This document shows, one piece after another, positions 13,537 to 24,840 of a DNA stretch of 64,000 bases. Both the position numbers and the translations under genes were made by a program. Position 1 is the first letter of the stretch; each line of letters starts with the position of its first letter. The DNA lies in contig MU619259.1 of NCBI GenBank assembly GCA_025201805.1, positions 37,238 to 101,237 of the forward strand, read 5' to 3'. The notes beneath the pieces are model-generated. The model was not told where the DNA came from. It was given only the letters and a program-made list of their open reading frames with translations, and did no database searches. Source of the stretch: Parasitella parasitica NRRL 2501 (lineage: Eukaryota; Fungi; Mucoromycota).

Positions 13537-14158
13537 CTATTGCGGTTTGGCCTGTGACGACTCTGAATGCATGTGAATCAATGGTCGTATCCCATCAAGG
13601 TAATGTGGGGACACAAAGTCGAGTATTTCTGCCTTTGTCAACCAAGCAAAGTCTACAACTTCCTCTCCATCAGGCTGGCATTGACCAAAAATCCATTTTG
13701 CTCGAACAAATTGAACCTAGACGCAATATTAGCTCATCTCCCACCTATCCAAAAGTTCAGCTTTTTTTTTTTTTTACTTTGGCACCAATGTACTTTTTGC
13801 TCCTCTTTTTGTTTGACTCAATAAAGTCGGGAGGATAAGGGTATTGATAAATACTGAATGGTTCGTTTTCATCAATCAGCTCTACAACCAAATCTTCACC
13901 ACATTCTTCAGACAGTTCTCTCAAAGCGCCTTGAGATACAGTTTCATTACGTTTCTTTTTCAAACCTCCTTGAGGGAACACCCAAGTATGCTCTTTTCTG
14001 GGCTTTTTGGTCAGCAAGTACACTCTCTGTTCAGGTTTTCTATGTAAATTATGTAAATCATCATCGGAGTTAGTGCCTTTTGTCACTATTTCGTTTGTCA
14101 AAGGATCTCGATATACAGCAATTCCTGCCACAGAACGATAATTTAAATTTGCAGCCAT
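13537..14158 (-). CDS. Mitoribosomal mL46 (MRPL46/MrpL17)-like Nudix-fold protein, short form
   Basis: Two exons (intron ~13717-13777). Contains LHRKPEQRVYLL, WVFPQGG...ETVSQGALRELSEECG, YQYPYP, GAKVQFVRAKWIFGQ and VVDFAWLTKAEI, which are typical of the mL46 C-terminal Nudix domain. Confidence 0.8.
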
Positions 14159-14819
14159 TTAAGAAAGCACTTGGGAAAGAAAATGTGTTTGTCAACTTGT
14201 ATAGTATTCAAGGATTACAATGTTCTGGAATATATAGGAATACGACGCAGTACTTGCATTGTTTGTTTTCAGTCCAAAGTAGAGTTATAAGCGGATCACC
14301 AATTACTACAACAATCTATAAGGTTTGTTAACAGTACTAACACTCAATCAGATCAACAAAAAAAAGTCTGCATCTCTAGCAGTTACATCGTCATTTAGTA
14401 AATATTTCTTCTTTGTCTTGGAGGCAAACAATATGGAAATGTCGCTTTGATAAAGTATTATATCAAGCAATATTTCTTGAATTGACATTTTCTGAATAAT
14501 ATTACACATTTACACTGTTTATACCTCGTATTAAAATTCAAGAGATCAATATTTTTGGATTTTGAACCAGGGCCAAGAGAGCGTAACGCATTAATTTGAA
14601 CAATCGACTATGCTAGATAAATAAATATCGTTCTAGAGATATAATCCAAAAACATTTGCAACTTCAAAATTTTATGCAACCTTTAATATTTTCAGGTACG
14701 CTTCTATTATTGTTCCCAACAATCATAATTTACTCGCTTATTAAACTGAATTATCGCAACATACTATAAGCATATTATACGCTAAAAACTTCAAGGTGTC
14801 GCCTCAGTACTGTCAAAGA

Positions 14820-17800
14820 ATGTGCATTTTTGGCGGTTTTTCTTTCCAGGACCACTGTACATGCTTTTTGGGTCACGCTGCTCAAAAGTGAAGCATCGGT
14901 TCCCTCTTATCTTTCTTTTTTTGGCAGTTATAACTGATGGAGACAAAGATCTGCGTGATATAGGTTTAGGTTGGACTACCTGTTGATGGCCCTTTGATGG
15001 GTATGTTGGATGTTGATGAGCGAGGGAAATATATTTCTCAAACCAGGCAAAGAAACAGGAGAATTTATAACCACATCAGGCCTATTCTTAGGATTTACAG
15101 CGTTTTTTGCGGCAGCCAATTTTTGTTTTGCAATTTGTTAGAACAAGATTCGAATAACTCGAATCTTGTAAAAGTCAACTGGTATTTTGCCTTCAGGAAA
15201 TGATTGATTTTGGATATATATGCTTTGACACTATTCCTTTGCCGTTTTCACAAAATCAGGTTTTGCTCTATTATGTACTGATCTGTGGGACTATGTTTAA
15301 GTCAAATATGTTTTAAGCTGTTGTAAAATAAAAACCAACTATTTATTGATATTAGTATATGAACAGAAAAGTAAATTGGTGTAGTTATTACCAAATTATA
15401 TTCTGTTCAATGTTGGTTAAAAGCAAAGTGGTAGTGTATGGGAGAGAAAAGGGAAGGGTGAAAACTATGATAATTGTAGCTTATAAATGCATGTCAATAC
15501 TTGGTAGTACCAAGTATTAACGTAAAATTTGTGTTGCCACAAAACAGTACTGATTTCAGTTGGGTATATAGTGCCCAGAGCTTGTCTTGTTCATTTTTGG
15601 TATGAATGGGTGTAACCGAGTATTGGGTATTTTGCATGTACGCTAGATATTGATATGTAGACATTTTCTGTCTAGGAGCAGATACCATCGATAATGCACA
15701 CAGCTGTGAAACGTCTTGAATTGTTGTAGAGGCAAATGGGTATAGAATCAGCATTAGAATCTTACGAGTTCATTTCCAAACGGTGTTTGATGAAATTAGG
15801 GACAGGGCAAATACCAAAAGTCTCGCCAACAGGAAATAAATGGATACTATTACCATCGGGGTCTGGTATGAGCATTTTACAGTCATTCCTAGTTCACTCT
15901 TTAAATGATTGATTACCTGGACCAGCCAGGAGTTATAATGGGTCTTTATGTACCACATTATAGCGATTAAGAGATCCAATCTATTTATTGAAGTTAGCGG
16001 ATTCACTAAAATAGAACATGCATCAATATATATATATGATACTCACATCAGTATTATGTCTGAGACGATAATCAGTCAATGAGCAATCAGCAAGTCTTGG
16101 AGAAGCATTATACATTGAAAATTTTCTAATGATGTTTGTATCTACGCCTCCTTCCAAACTGTTTGTGCCACGAATACACCTATACACAGGTAATTTTAAC
16201 CCAACAACGTATCGAATGTGGTATAATGGAATGTCATCGGAGACATGGCCTCTACTAATAGCATCGAGGATCTTGCCAGCCTGCGCTCTACAAGCTTTGT
16301 CAAAAGCGGTAGCTCGGTTTTTGCACACTCAGTGCCTTCAAACTCTTAAAACAGTTTTTCTACAACTGACAACAAATCGCTTGGTCTAGGGATAACTCTG
16401 CGTACTCTCTTCGCAATCCAAGCAGGGCTCTCCTTCATATGTTGTGCTCTGAAGTTTCAAAATATCTTCTACTCTTTTCTTGTCTTCAATACTTGACACA
16501 AACAGGGCAGCACTAAACCGAGACATAAAAATTTTGTGAGCGCCATGCTTTTCAAAAATAGGTATCGAGTCTAGCAAATGGAAGGGGTCATTTAAAACAA
16601 GAGCTGGGGAGGTTGTGCCTTGCAATGATGGGATGTCTTCAATTTTTAGTTGAGTAAGCTTCAAGCACATATGGCTGAGACATGTAATGTTTTCTTCAAC
16701 CTATTAGAGGTTAAGTTCTTATGATGGCACACTGGAGCAGTCAAATCAGACCTAAGGATCTTCGATAACTGAATTGTCACACAGTTTCTACAGTCTACAT
16801 TGTCATCAGAACATCCGCTAGCTGTTTTCCACGACAAGTCTTTGGTGTGGCATGCACGTTGACAATAGTACGGTACTAACATTTGACTTTTGATTAATTG
16901 GATAGTCCTCATCTTTCCAAGCAAATATAGAGAAACATAAGCATATACAGTAGCAGCATATACTTTTTTTGATCTGTATCCAGGACAATAATTTCCCAAT
17001 CACCACAGCGTACGCTACCAGGTTTTGCTAGATATTTACCCAAAGCATCTTAAAGTGGCCGTTGCTTCAATTCATGTATCTACTTGCCAGGTCAAATAAA
17101 GACTTTTGGGTGGTACAAGGTTTTGTCAACAACACGACAGCCAGCTTCAAGCTTCAGCGAATCGTGCTTGTTGACACAGCGTCCCACTTCAATGACACAG
17201 GTTTCATAAATCAAGAGCTTCAATTAACCAAGTGTTTGATGGGTAGTATCAAAATGAAATAGGGAAAATATATTTGTTGAATACAGTTTGTATTAAGGAT
17301 ATTTTCTGTTGGAACGAAGCTTTGTTGATGTACTTTGTTGTCCACTCGCAATCAAAGCCTACATATATATTGACATTATGTGGCAACTGACGTCTGAAGA
17401 CTAGTGACTAATCAGTCATGAGGCCATGGTATGAATCTGCGCGACAGATTGTAGCTATAGAGTAGAGACTATATCAGCAATACTAGCTTTCTACCTCCTG
17501 GTTAATATGCCTGACTTTTTTTTTAAACAAAGAAATCCGTCGCTCAAGACTCGGGTGTAGAATATACCCACAAGGCTATTTCTTCATCATCTCCAGAAAA
17601 TGTACTTCCAAATAGAATAACGACTTTGTTAGGGCAAGAACCATCGATACGAATAACCTCAAATTAGTTGCAAAGGACAAAAAGAGCTGCAAACATAGAG
17701 TTACCTATATGCTTTTTTCTTTTTAATGATTTTCATCAACTATGAATCAATGTTTGCCTTCTGATTCTCCATGTAACGAAGCATAAGCATGACCAATATA

Positions 17801-18540
17801 TACAGCTAAAGGCACACAGCTAGAGAATCCTTTAGAATCTTCCGATTCTGAGAGTTGGGCTACATGGTGCGAAACTGACCTGAAAAACGAATTTTTGTGT
17901 TCAAGGCAAGCATGAAGATATTGAAATTGAAGATTGTCACGTCGTAAGCCAGAATCTCCCTAAGAATGTCATGAATTCTACCAGGACCCAAAAGAGTTTT
18001 GCATTAATAAATATACCAAATTGATTAAAAGAATCCGCTGGGCCAGACTTCAATGTAAGCAAGGTCGGAAAGTTGTTTTGCACATGAAGAGGTAGCTGAC
18101 TAATGATGCACATGAAACGAGATATTGGAATTGAAAGAAGTTACTCAACACCATATGGAATCAATTAATGCATTAAATAGCTAGTATGTAGATAATTACT
18201 CTAGTCCATTACTTGGAGAACTTTAGATATAGAGTCTTTCACATTAAGATGTCCGTTGGATAAAATACTCAATTGCAAACTTCAGGATAATGGCCAATGC
18301 TGCAAAAAATACGCATATACGTACAAAAGAAGAAAATGTCTCCTACGACCTGCTAGCACTGAAGCCATGGCGATCACTGTAATCGAAGATATTACGTGGA
18401 CGTTCTATCTTTTGAAACTCTGACACAATCCATCTACAGGCTTTACATGGATCGCGAGACTTTAATTGATGACTTGGTAAAGGAGGGCCATGCTCATAGA
18501 ACAGACGCATCGAAAGCACACGCTGTTGGAGATATCATTA
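14820..18540 (-). mobile_element. Degenerate DDE-type (Mutator/ISL3-like, DUF6729-associated) DNA transposon with embedded 3'-5' exonuclease; pseudogenised
   Basis: Fragmented frames with stops and frameshifts, in this order: IISQLPLHVQNNFPTLLTLKSG (~18010-18080), GPGRIHDILRE...DNLQFQYL, FAALFVLCN*FEVIR...LTKS, IYVGFDCEW (~17342-17368), VLNDPFHLLDSI...KHG (~16545-16600), LPVYRCIRGTNSLEGG...YRLRHN (~16050-16195) and C-terminal PGKKNRQKC (~14822-14850). Boundaries are approximate and no TIRs were recognised. Confidence 0.7.
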
Positions 18541-18608
18541 AGATCAGTGCCACTACTCATCAATAGTAAAGATTTATTGAGGTAAGAATACTAATTTTAT
18601 CAGTTGAT

Positions 18609-19630
18609 TTATACAAGTTTCTTTGCCATAAAGAAGTTCTTAAAGTAATGCATCTGCCAAAAGCAAACAACACCAAGCACAATAAGCTGAGTAATTGTCC
18701 ACCAAACGACACGAGAGTTTGTAAGTTCAGATTGATCACGGAAATCCTTTTCACGTTCCTGATTCGTATTTGGTTAATATCATGCTGCTTATCCTGCTTC
18801 AAGCCTGTTCAAATAACACAAAAACATACACCCACACCCACACCCACACATACACACACGCACACACACAGAGACACAGGCACACATTTCCTGTTGGCAC
18901 TTACACGTTGAGCATTTTGCTCAATTTGAATATCTTCAACACGTTCATTCAGTTCATGTACTCGCTTCACCAAATCTACATATGAAACTGATTGGTACAT
19001 ACTCAAACCAATCATTCACAAACCAACTTACCAGAAACACCTTCTGCATTGTGATCGTGGTGGTCAGTTGGGTCATCAAAATCCATGTCAAGTGTGATTC
19101 TCTAAGAAAAGCTGTCAAAATACGACATACATTTCAATTTGGTTTGCTTTTCTTACAGTTTTTGAGCTATCGAACCAGGAATTGGAGGACGCAGAGAGAC
19201 AAATGGAATGGTCGCCAGACTCAGTAGAAGTAAATGTAAAGCGGCCAGACGATTTGCTTTTGGTATCAACAATTTTATGACCTTGTGGAAGTTCCTGAGC
19301 ACGCATTTTAAGTACCACGCTGTATTGTCTAAACTAGGGAACTCACCTCAACAGTAATTTCAATCTTCAAATCAGTGTTCTCCATCCATGTGTCTTGGGC
19401 AGCAGAGTATTGTTCAGATTTATAGATACCTAGTATTTTTAAAAGACACAGTTAGCCCGAATTGCAAATCCAAATTTTAGTGCAAAACTGTTACCAATAA
19501 CCATGGTCTCTTTTGGTAAATCTTCGATAAAGCATTTTTTCTCGGAGCCTTCCAAATAGAAATACAATGCCTGTGTTCCAGCTAAATAGGCAGCAAGCAA
19601 AACCAGTGTCGAAAGACGAAAGAAAGCCAT
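18609..19630 (-). CDS. p24/emp24/gp25L family cargo receptor (alpha subfamily, Erp1/TMED9-like)
   Basis: Signal peptide followed by [25 protein letters not shown] domain [17 protein letters not shown], coiled coil, TM segment NSRVVWW, and a C-terminal [16 protein letters not shown] with the KKxx motif. Multi-exon. Confidence 0.95.
18815..18886 (+). repeat. Imperfect (CA)n/(CACACC)n microsatellite in a p24 intron
   Basis: acacaaaaacatacacccacacccacacccacacatacacacacgcacacacacagagacacaggcacac. Confidence 0.85.
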
Positions 19631-19817
19631 CTTTTATAACGCGTTATTCTCTCAAGTGAAAAAAGAGAGAAGAAGAGAAAACGGAGCTCTACAACCGTAA
19701 TATACGGGTACATACATGCACACGTTGAGCCAATGAAAGATTTGGGGCCAAACGGACTTGTAGGGATGATTTTTTTTTTTTGCTCTTCGTCCCTTGTTCC
19801 AACCTCCACATTCAAAA

Positions 19818-22759
19818 ATGAGTGCTTCAAGTCCAGGTAAGTTGATTGTCTGTGGATGGGTTTAGCGTGTGTGGTACTAGGATAAAAGATGTAGAGGAGC
19901 AAGCCGTTGATGATGACTTTCAACTGACAGCAGACGAAGAAATGCTGGAAGGGGTGGATGTGGATAATGTCGATGGACTATTGGAAAACGAACTGCGAGG
20001 GCTACACGCAGGTTAGGCAGGCTAAACACAACGAGACAAGCTGTTTGTCAATCAATTTACCATCATTCATTTAGATAGACCAAGGCACTTTATCAAAAAG
20101 AAACTCTTTGCCAACAAAAGAATCATCCCTACTATCAGAAAGTTTGGACTCTCATCGCCTCTATTCAAAGTGATCTTCAAGATTTTAATGAAACAGACGC
20201 TCAGTAAGCACTGTCTTGCAATTGCAATTTGCACAACAATGTACTAACCGTCTGAAAATAACAGCAATGGGAGAAACAAAAGTTTTAGTGCAGTGCCTAC
20301 TGCCCAGAAAAAACATTTCCGAAGATTATATTGTGCTTATTATTGCTAGCCTAAGTCGTAAAGACAAGAACATCGCCATGACAGTCAGTATAAAGTATGT
20401 TGCCAATCATCAGTATAGTAAACTGAATATGTGTACGTGTACGTGTACGTGTACGTGTAGAGCGAAATGTTGAGGTGGGCAATCTCAGTATACGACGTGA
20501 TCAGTGTAAAAACAAAGATCCAAAAGCTGTACATGGTGCTATTCCACAGTTTATGCCAGGAAAGTGTCAGGTAAATGATGCTAGACACAACTCGAAAAGT
20601 CGACTCATCTCTGCAACGTGTAGAGGTTCCGTCTGCCATTTGCTTTATTTCCTCACAAAACGAGAGCACGTTACACCCTACCGAGTAAGACGCTTGACAG
20701 AACTAATCCAGAATGAAAAGAGCAGCCCAGAATTAATTGGCTTGTTGATGGTGTATCAAACCTATGATATTACGATTACTGTGCCTCATAACGTTCGACT
20801 AGTCAATGCCTTTGTCTTCAAAGTAAGCTCTCTTTTCATGTGGCGTGGTGCAAACTGAAAGCCATACTTACGCAAACCCTCTTTAAATAGACGCCTTTTC
20901 CTGACCTGAAGAATCATTTGACCAACGTTAGACAATTATGGAATGTCGAATCTGATGACTCCATCAAAGATCGCAAAGCAGAATTCCAGCTACCGACAAA
21001 GGCAAAAGCCAAGAAATCGAAATCAAAAGCTGTTCCAGAGGTAAAAGAAAAGAATCGACTCGAACTGCATCTTTGTTCTAAAAATCGTGTAGGAACCTGT
21101 CCGCGAACTGGGCGAGCTTGATATCACTCTTATTGCTAATGATGTCGAAAAATTGGACCTTCCAGAACAATTAAGCTCCGTATTAGAGGATCGAAGGCTT
21201 CAGCATGCTTTGCTTTGCAAGCGAAACGATGTTGTCATTGACCGACTGAGCCATTGGCTTGTACAAAAGGTGATGGATCTAGCTCTTTGGGCTAATGAAA
21301 AGGATGTCATGAAGTCCGAGTTGCATGAGATGCTAAGAAAGCTGGTTAAATTCACTCGATTCACAAAGGTAAGTAAGCATTTGCAGGGCTTTGGGTAGAT
21401 TGACACTTTGAAAATCTCATTCGCAATAGTCGCAACTCCCAGTAATTGAACACTTTTTATTTGAATACCTCAAGACCTGGAACGGTTTCGAGTTTGAAGA
21501 TGAAGTTTTCGAGTTGATCACGTATATCAAACCTACCAACTTTAGGAATTTTTACAATTTGGTACTCATGCGTCTCTATCGATTGTTTGTTGTATCCGAT
21601 GCAAAATGGAAAGCAAAACTGATACTCTGCTATACGGACTTGTTAAATAATTGGGCTTTACTCAACTGGAATCGACATGCAATGTTGAGTAAAAAGGGGG
21701 AATCCAGCATCGATCATGTGTAAGTTGAATCAGAAAGCAGCTTGAATGTGCCTGACACTGCGTCTCTAGCACAACCGCCTTTGGTGTTTTATCATTCGAT
21801 GTCAATTACTTCAACACAATCCAAAAGCTAGTTGAACATGTAGATCGAATGTGCGTTATGGGGTTATTAGCAGAGGACGATCATCCACTGCTGCAGCATG
21901 CAGGCCTCACATTTTTCGAACTCGTCTCCAAAATTTCTGTGCAAGACAACATACCCGATGTGATTATACCTGCAGCCACGTTTGTCCACCGTAATTTTTA
22001 TTCCTCCTCTGCAATGGCAGTGAGCAGAGTTTGTGGTATATTGTATCAATATAAGATTGCTTTTGAAGAGAACGACAAAAAAACCGAAGATTGGATGTCC
22101 AAACACACGCCTGAATACCTAAACCATTTTAACACATATCTGATGGATGTCTGCAACTCTTTGTGGAAAAATATAGGGTTAAGCAAGGTAAAAAATGAGG
22201 CAAACGCATTCTCGCTTACAAGGTATGAGAGAATATATTATTTTTCACATTGGTCGCTGATTTCATACATGTATATATAAAAGACAAAATATCCTTGATT
22301 TTCAACGCATCTGTGAAGAAAGAGGCATGGATGTCAGCAAATTACTATCCATCACACATTCGGCTGCTCTGGCAGCGTTTTCAAAACGATTTATGACGGT
22401 AAGGGGTAGCTGATGTCGAGATATTCCAATGTTAAACAGACGCTCTTCTAGCAACTAGAAAACGATGAAAAATCAAGTATAATTCATGATCAACCTGTTA
22501 CATCCGTGTATTTAAGACAGATTGAAGAGGTAACAAACACCCCTTTTTTTTTTTCGTTATCTGCTTTTGCCCTCTAACTTTATCAACATTGTAGAATGGA
22601 GGTGTCTCTTTGAGCTATTTAGATTACAAAGCGGAATATCTAAATTATCTAAATCAACTAGGCTTTACAGGCATTCGTGATCTCTTGTATGGCTGCATGT
22701 CATCCTTGATTCACTTGAAAGAAAGGGACGCATCTTCATTTAGTCAATCAAGCACTTAA
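19818..22759 (+). CDS. MIS6: Inner kinetochore CCAN subunit CENP-I / Mis6 / Ctf3
   Basis: About 12 short introns. Segments LVQCLLPRKNISED, VCHLLYFLTKREHVTPYRVRRL, LPEQLSSVLEDRRLQHALL, FLFEYLKTWNG, FNTYLMDVCNSLWKN, LLSITHSAALA and NGGVSLSYLDYKAEYLNYLNQLGFTGI match the Mis6/CENP-I pattern. Confidence 0.85.
20431..20460 (+). repeat. (GTGTAC)n hexamer repeat forming the 3' end of a CENP-I intron
   Basis: gtgtacgtgtacgtgtacgtgtacgtgtag; the last unit ends in the likely AG acceptor. Confidence 0.8.
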
Positions 22760-23075
22760 TGTTCCACACCCACTTGTCAAATAACACAAAAACTGTAAAA
22801 TTTCGTATATAATTGGCTGCTCATAGCTTGAATAAAAAGGAAGCTATACTCGTGCTAATTGCCCCTCTTTAAAAAAGGCTATTTTCTTCTTTCCTCTTTT
22901 CTTTCTTTTTCTTTTTTTTCTTTACACTACTTGGTAGACATATTCACTTTAGATTTTTTAATTTTAATACAGTAATAATGTAAATATAATATATTTGTGT
23001 TGGAATCAGAGACATGTTATTAATCTAGAGCCCCGACCTTTTTTTTTTTTCCATAAAAACAATACAGAAATAATA

Positions 23076-24582
23076 ATGAGAGAGATTATTCACGTTCAAG
23101 TTGGTAAGTAGATTGAAATAAACCAAGGGGTGATTTTCGTGTTGTGTGTGTATTGTAAAAAAAAAAAAAATAAAGGGGCACGACATTGCACGGGGGCGAG
23201 GAGAGCCTATATCTGTGTGTGTGTACAACAAATAATGAAACTAACCCATCACCCTTTTACAGGTCAATGTGGTAACCAAATTGGCCAAAAATTCTGGGAA
23301 ACCATTTCTCAAGAGCATGGCCTCGACCCCAACGGCACTTATGCTGGTGACAACGATCTTCAATTAGAACGTATCAACGTCTTTTACAATGAAGGCTCTC
23401 AGGGTCAATATGTACCTCGTTCCGTTTTGGTTGATCTCGAGCCCGCTACTATGGATTCTGTGCGCTCTAGTCCATATGGCAAGCTTTATCGTCCTGATAA
23501 CTTTATTTTTGGCCAGAATGGTGCTGGTAACTCTTGGGCTAAAGGTTATTACACAGAGGGTGCCGAATTAGTTGAACAAGTGTTGGATGTCGTTCGCAAG
23601 GAAGCTGAACATACCGACTGCTTGCAAGGTTTCCAATTAGCCCACTCCCTTGGCGGCGGTACCGGTTCTGGTCTTGGTTCTCTCCTGCTTTCCAAGATCC
23701 GTGAAGAATACCCTGATCGTATGCTCTGTACTTACTCTGTTGTACCTTCTCCCAAGGTTTCTGACACCGTTGTTGAACCTTATAACGCTGTCTTGTCTGT
23801 TCACCAGCTTGTAGAAAACTGCGATGCCACTTTCTGTATCGACAACGAAGCTCTTTATGACATTTGTTTCCGTACCCTCAAGCTGAGCAACCCTGGTTAT
23901 GGTCAACTGAACGAATTGGTCTCTACAGTCATGTCGGGCGTCTCCACCAGTTTGCGTTTCCCTGGTCAACTGAACAGCGATTTACGCAAGTTGTTTGTCA
24001 ACATGGTTCCTTTCCCTCGTCTCCATTTCTTCATGGTTGGGTTTGCTCCTCTTACTGCTTTCGGTTCTCAACAGTACCGCAATTTGAGTGTCCCTGAATT
24101 GACAGCCCAAATGTTTGATGCTCGCAACATGATGGCTGCCTCTGATCCTCGCCATGGCCGCTACTTGACTGTCGCTACCATCTTCCGTGGTCGCTTGTCC
24201 ACCAAGGAAGTTGAAAACCAAATGTTGGCTGTCCAGCAAAAGAACTCTACGTACTTTGTTGAATGGATCCCTAACGGTGTCAAGACTTCCCTTTGTGACA
24301 TTCCTCCCGTCGGTCTCAAGATGTCTGGTACCTTTATTGGTAACAGCACCGCCATTCAAGAGTTATTCAAGCGTGTTAACGATCAATTCACTGCCATGTT
24401 CAGAAGAAAGGCTTTCTTGCATTGGTACACTGGAGAGGGTATGGATGAAATGGAATTCACTGAGGCTGAGTCCAACATGAACGACCTCGTCTCTGAATAC
24501 CAACAATACCAAGAAGCTACTGCTGACGATGATCTCATTGAAGACGAGGAGTATCTCGAGGAAGACGATATTATTGAAGAAG

Positions 24583-24587
<5 letters not shown>
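23076..24587 (+). CDS. TUB2: Beta-tubulin
   Basis: Exon 1 is 23076-23103 ([10 protein letters not shown]), the intron is 23104-23262, and exon 2 runs to 24587. Contains the GGGTGSG signature and an acidic C-terminal tail. Confidence 0.99.

Positions 24588-24645
<58 letters not shown>
24586..24645 (+). repeat. 60-nt poly(dA) tract beginning within the tubulin stop codon
   Basis: gaagagT followed by 60 A. Confidence 0.9.
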
Positions 24646-24647
<2 letters not shown>

Positions 24648-24840
24648 AAGATTTCTTTATAAATACCTTTTGAATAATCACACTACAAATATATCTCTTT
24701 TGAATAATGCAACTTTTTCTGATTGGTTGACCACAATCTTTTCTCGTGTGTTTGTTAGATGTGTGTGCATCTGGGCTGGCCTCATTCTTTTCCCTCTTTC
24801 TTTTTTTTTCCTTTATCCCCATATAAAACAACGCTGTTTA

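Noticed and set aside
23130-23262. N-terminal extension of beta-tubulin in the ORF track
   Set aside because: It is intron sequence. The true start MREI is at 23076.
24529-24840. Poly-Lys ORF as an independent gene
   Set aside because: It is a product of the A60 homopolymer. VPS5 most plausibly starts at 24841.
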